Positions 62,475-64,000 of a DNA stretch of 64,000 bases are shown in pieces. This stretch comes from Squalus acanthias (taxonomy: Eukaryota). Made by a program: the position numbers and the translations under genes. How positions within the stretch are numbered: the first letter of the stretch is position 1; each line of letters starts with the position of its first letter. Below the pieces are notes generated by a model, which was given only the letters and a program-made list of their open reading frames with translations, searched no databases and was not told the DNA's origin. The DNA is taken from assembly GCA_030390025.1 (NCBI GenBank), contig CM059438.1:59646001-59710000 (forward strand). The letters run 5' to 3'.

Positions 62475-63660
62475 AATACTGACTGGGTTAATACACATTG
62501 AAACTGACTAAGTAATACACACAGATACTGACAGGGAAATACACACAGATACTGACTGGGGAATACACACAGATACTGCCTGGGGAATACACACAGATAC
62601 TGACTGGGGAATACACACAGATACTGATTGGGGAATACACACAGATACTGACTGGGGAATACACACAGATACTGATTGGGGAATACACACAGATACTGAT
62701 TGGGGAATACACACAGATACTGACTGGGGAATACACACAGACACTGACTGGGGAATACACACAGATACTGATTGGGGAATACACACAGATACTGATTGGG
62801 GAATACACACAGATACTGACTGGGGAATACACACAGACACTGACTGGGGAATACACACAGACACTGACTGGGGAATACACACAGACACTGACTGGGGAAT
62901 ACACACAGATACTGATTGGGGAATACACACAGATACTGATTGGGGAATACACACAGATACTGACTGGGGAATACACACAGACACTGACTGGGGAATACAC
63001 ACAGACACTGACTGGGTAATACACACAGATACTGATTGGGGAATACACACAGATACTGACTGGGGAATACACACAGATACTGATTGGGGAATACACACAG
63101 ATACTGACTGGGGAATACACACAGATACTGATTGGGGAATACACACAGATACTGATTGGGGAATACACACAGATACTGACTGGGGAATACACACAGACAC
63201 TGACTGGGGAATACACACAGATACTGATTGGGGAATACACACAGATACTGATTGGGGAATACACACAGATACTGACTGGGGAATACACACAGACACTGAC
63301 TGGGGAATACACACAGACACTGACTGGGGAATACACACAGACACTGACTGGGGAATACACACAGATACTGATTGGGGAATACACACAGATACTGATTGGG
63401 GAATACACACAGATACTGACTGGGGAATACACACAGACACTGACTGGGGAATACACACAGACACTGACTGGGGAATACACACAGATACTGATTGGGGAAT
63501 ACACACAGATACTGACTGGGGAATACTCAGAGATACTGACTGGGGAATACACACAGATACTGACTGGGGAATACACACAGATACTGACTGGGGAATACTC
63601 AGAGATACTGACTGGGGAATACTCAGAGATACTGACTGGGGAATACACACAGATACTGAC
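62475..63660. repeat. 24-bp minisatellite, consensus ACACACAGATACTGACTGGGGAAT, about 48 units
   Basis: Tandem unit is directly visible, with variants GATACT/GACACT, GACTGG/GATTGG and ACTCAGAG. The left edge is degenerate; the right edge ends sharply at a LINE. Confidence 0.98.
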
Positions 63661-64000
63661 AATAAGGATAAAACCGGACGGACCTCGGCACCGGCTACGG
63701 ACATGACAATGGCACACCCAGCCCAGTCATGCAAAGTCCTCTTCACCTACTTCTGGGGACTTGTGCCAAAATTGGGAGAGCTGTCCCACAGACTAGTCAA
63801 GCAACAGCCTGACATAGTCATACTCACAGAATCATACCTTTTAGCCAATGTCCCCAACTCCTCCATCACCATCCCTGCGTATGTCCTGTCCCACCGGCAG
63901 GACAGACCCACCAGGGGTGGTGGCATAGTGGTATACAGTCGGGAAGGACTGGCCCTGGGAGTCCTCAACATTGACTCCAGACCCCATGAAGTCTCATGGC
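63661..64000 (+). mobile_element. 5' part of a third non-LTR retrotransposon (APE endonuclease N-terminus; probably CR1/L2 group, divergent from the two other copies), running off the window
   Basis: Stop-free frame from 63730: CKVLFTYFWGLVPKLGELSHRLVKQQPDIVILTESYLLANVPNSSITIPAYVLSHRQDRPTRGGGIVVYSREGLALGVLNIDSRPHEVSW, containing the EN motifs PDIV.LTE and DR...GGG.V.Y. Confidence 0.85.

Noticed and set aside
62488..63746. 409-aa and 412-aa minus-strand ORFs (VSICVYSP / SVSVCIPQ repeats)
   Set aside because: Translations of a 24-bp non-coding minisatellite; the start codons come from the antisense strand of the adjacent LINE.
63747..63971. 74-aa minus-strand ORF
   Set aside because: Antisense of the LINE endonuclease frame.

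Overview
Eukaryotic, repeat-dominated window. The CR1 tail type and Harbinger-type elements suggest a vertebrate, probably a cartilaginous fish; this is inference only. In order it contains: (1) a GC-rich 27-bp minisatellite with higher-order duplications (1-3768); (2) a 200-N assembly gap; (3) a ~52.7-kb, nearly pure 23-bp satellite of about 2,300 units; (4) about 160 bp after it, a probable 372-bp phase-1/phase-1 protein-coding exon encoding 21 AGExx-type pentapeptides, which the ORF track misses; (5) two degraded CR1 LINE copies in opposite orientations, each interrupted by a PIF/Harbinger-type DNA element, one carrying a Myb/SANT remnant; (6) a 24-bp minisatellite; (7) the start of a third LINE endonuclease. 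All three satellites and the degenerate spacer DNA share an ACTGACTGG-type core. There is no prokaryotic-type system or CRISPR array, and I cannot support a wholly novel system. The best lead is a host gene exon lying in a satellite-filled giant intron.
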